DNA of 6,326 nt from an uncultured Eubacteriales bacterium (GTDB taxonomy: Bacteria; Bacillota; Clostridia; TANB77; RGIG9151), in the NCBI GenBank assembly GCA_964640345.1, contig CAZXFU010000025.1:11121-17446 (forward strand), given 5' to 3'. This document shows positions 5,517-6,326 of this stretch, in pieces. Position 1 is the stretch's first letter. Each line of letters opens with the position of its first letter. Position numbers and translations under genes: made by a program. Under the pieces are notes generated by a model that worked only from the letters and a program-made list of their open reading frames with translations, searched no databases and was not told the origin of the DNA.

Positions 5517-6326
5517 TTAATTCACAATCGAAAGGACGGGACGGAAACCACTATTCGTATATTCACTACCATTATTTCTGCCGAAACTAAAGATACCAGC
5601 ACACGATACGATGTATCCAAAATTACCACCACGCCGAAAAACAGGGTATGATGAGTCTGGGTCATTTGCGAGATTATAATCCCATGTCGATCTATTTTCG
5701 GTATCGCCACTACTCGTCTCATATACTGCATCTCCTGTTTTTAAAGAAGTATATACAGTGTCGTATGTTTCAACATATTTTGTATCTCGATTCGTATATA
5801 ACACACCCGCACTTGATTTTTCACTCGTGTCACCAGAAAGATATGTACTATCTCCACCGGTATAGTACGCAGATACATATTCCCAATAATCGCATGATAG
5901 GTCATATATTCCATATACGTTGTGCGTTGTTGAAGCTTTTACGCCTCCTACTGTATTCCAACTATTTGTTGTGCTTGTTGAGTCATCTGAATTCTCTGTG
6001 TCTCCTGCTATTCCTGTTATATTATTACTGTTATTATTTCTATATGGTATTCGTCCTATTGCGTTTGTTAGGTACGCTATTGCTCCCCATTCGCTATTTC
6101 TCATTAAGTGTGAATCTGCATTTCTAAATGTATTGTATGCGTATTCATACATCTTACTTACACTTATATTTCCCCAACTGCTTACTCCGGGTTTTGATTG
6201 TGCTACGTAACTTGTCGATGTTGGCTTATTCACTACGTTTGTAGTATCTGTATTTGTTCCCTGACTTGCTTTATATTTTGCTACCCATATTCCTGTTAGT
6301 TCATCTGTTCCAAATGTGAATGCCGG
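5517..6326 (-). CDS. C-terminal part of a larger, probably secreted or surface protein that ends in an FGE-sulfatase / C-type-lectin-fold domain (gene continues beyond the right edge)
   Basis: The track's 'M' at 6233 is a GTG. I translated 6234-6326 in the same frame and found no stop (...PAFTFGTDELTGIWVAKYKASQGTNTDTTNVV-NKPTS...), so the true start lies outside the window. Family-type motifs are present in the canonical order: IWVAKYKAS (compare f-i-KYEVT), SEWGAIAYL (compare EWEyAA), NVYGIYDLSCDYWEYV (compare GLYDMxGNVWEWv, 5874-5921) and RRGG...25 aa...GFRPV (compare RGGSW...GFR, 5535-5636), with the stop 5 codons later. The canonical SW...RxAxR residues after RGG are not conserved, which points to a divergent, probably non-catalytic member. 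Confidence 0.75.
   Translation of the reverse strand, partial: PAFTFGTDELTGIWVAKYKASQGTNTDTTNVVNKPTSTSYVAQSKPGVSSWGNISVSKMYEYAYNTFRNADSHLMRNSEWGAIAYLTNAIGRIPYRNNNSNNITGIAGDTENSDDSTSTTNSWNTVGGVKASTTHNVYGIYDLSCDYWEYVSAYYTGGDSTYLSGDTSEKSSAGVLYTNRDTKYVETYDTVYTSLKTGDAVYETSSGDTENRSTWDYNLANDPDSSYPVFRRGGNFGYIVSCAGIFSFGRNNGSEYTNSGFRPVLSIVN

Noticed and set aside
5522-6210. ORFs 5648-6127 (+), 5920-6210 (+) and 5522-5731 (-, alternative frame), all overlapping the lectin-fold gene
   Set aside because: Their translations are low-complexity and rich in Leu, Tyr, His or Phe, with no motifs or RBS. The overlapping minus-strand frame carries ordered family motifs and accounts for the open frames.
1-6326. 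Mobile element, prophage or defense-island signatures
   Set aside because: I recognised no transposase, integrase, recombinase, toxin-antitoxin, restriction-modification or nuclease/helicase defense-type ORFs. There are no terminal inverted repeats and no tRNA gene that could serve as an integration site. The central five kb is ordinary core metabolism and maintenance.

Overview
This is an AT-rich segment that looks like a Firmicutes/Clostridia chromosome, and every credible gene is on the minus strand. The core is a tightly packed housekeeping operon: ruvA, a split transketolase (N-terminal and C-terminal subunits), trxB and tsaE, then mnmA after a 64-nt gap. A good sigma-A-type promoter (5404-5432) precedes ruvA. 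An intrinsic terminator (5460-5487) separates the operon from the gene upstream of it. Two accessory-looking genes run off the window edges, and the ORF track misses one and truncates the other. (a) At 1-316 (-) is the 5' end of a gene for a secreted protein. It has a strong RBS, a Sec signal peptide and near-perfect in-frame 45-bp tandem repeats encoding an acidic 15-aa unit. (b) At 5517-6326 (-) is the 3' end of a larger gene. Its C-terminus carries the hallmark motifs of the FGE-sulfatase / C-type-lectin fold, and its reading frame stays open past the GTG chosen by the track. I do not see a complete, novel multi-gene system in this window. The best lead is the right-edge lectin-fold gene. 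Its extreme C-terminal tail has the layout of a diversity-generating-retroelement (DGR) variable region, but no template repeat or reverse transcriptase is visible here, so that remains a hypothesis. No tRNA/rRNA genes, CRISPR arrays, transposases or integrases were recognised.
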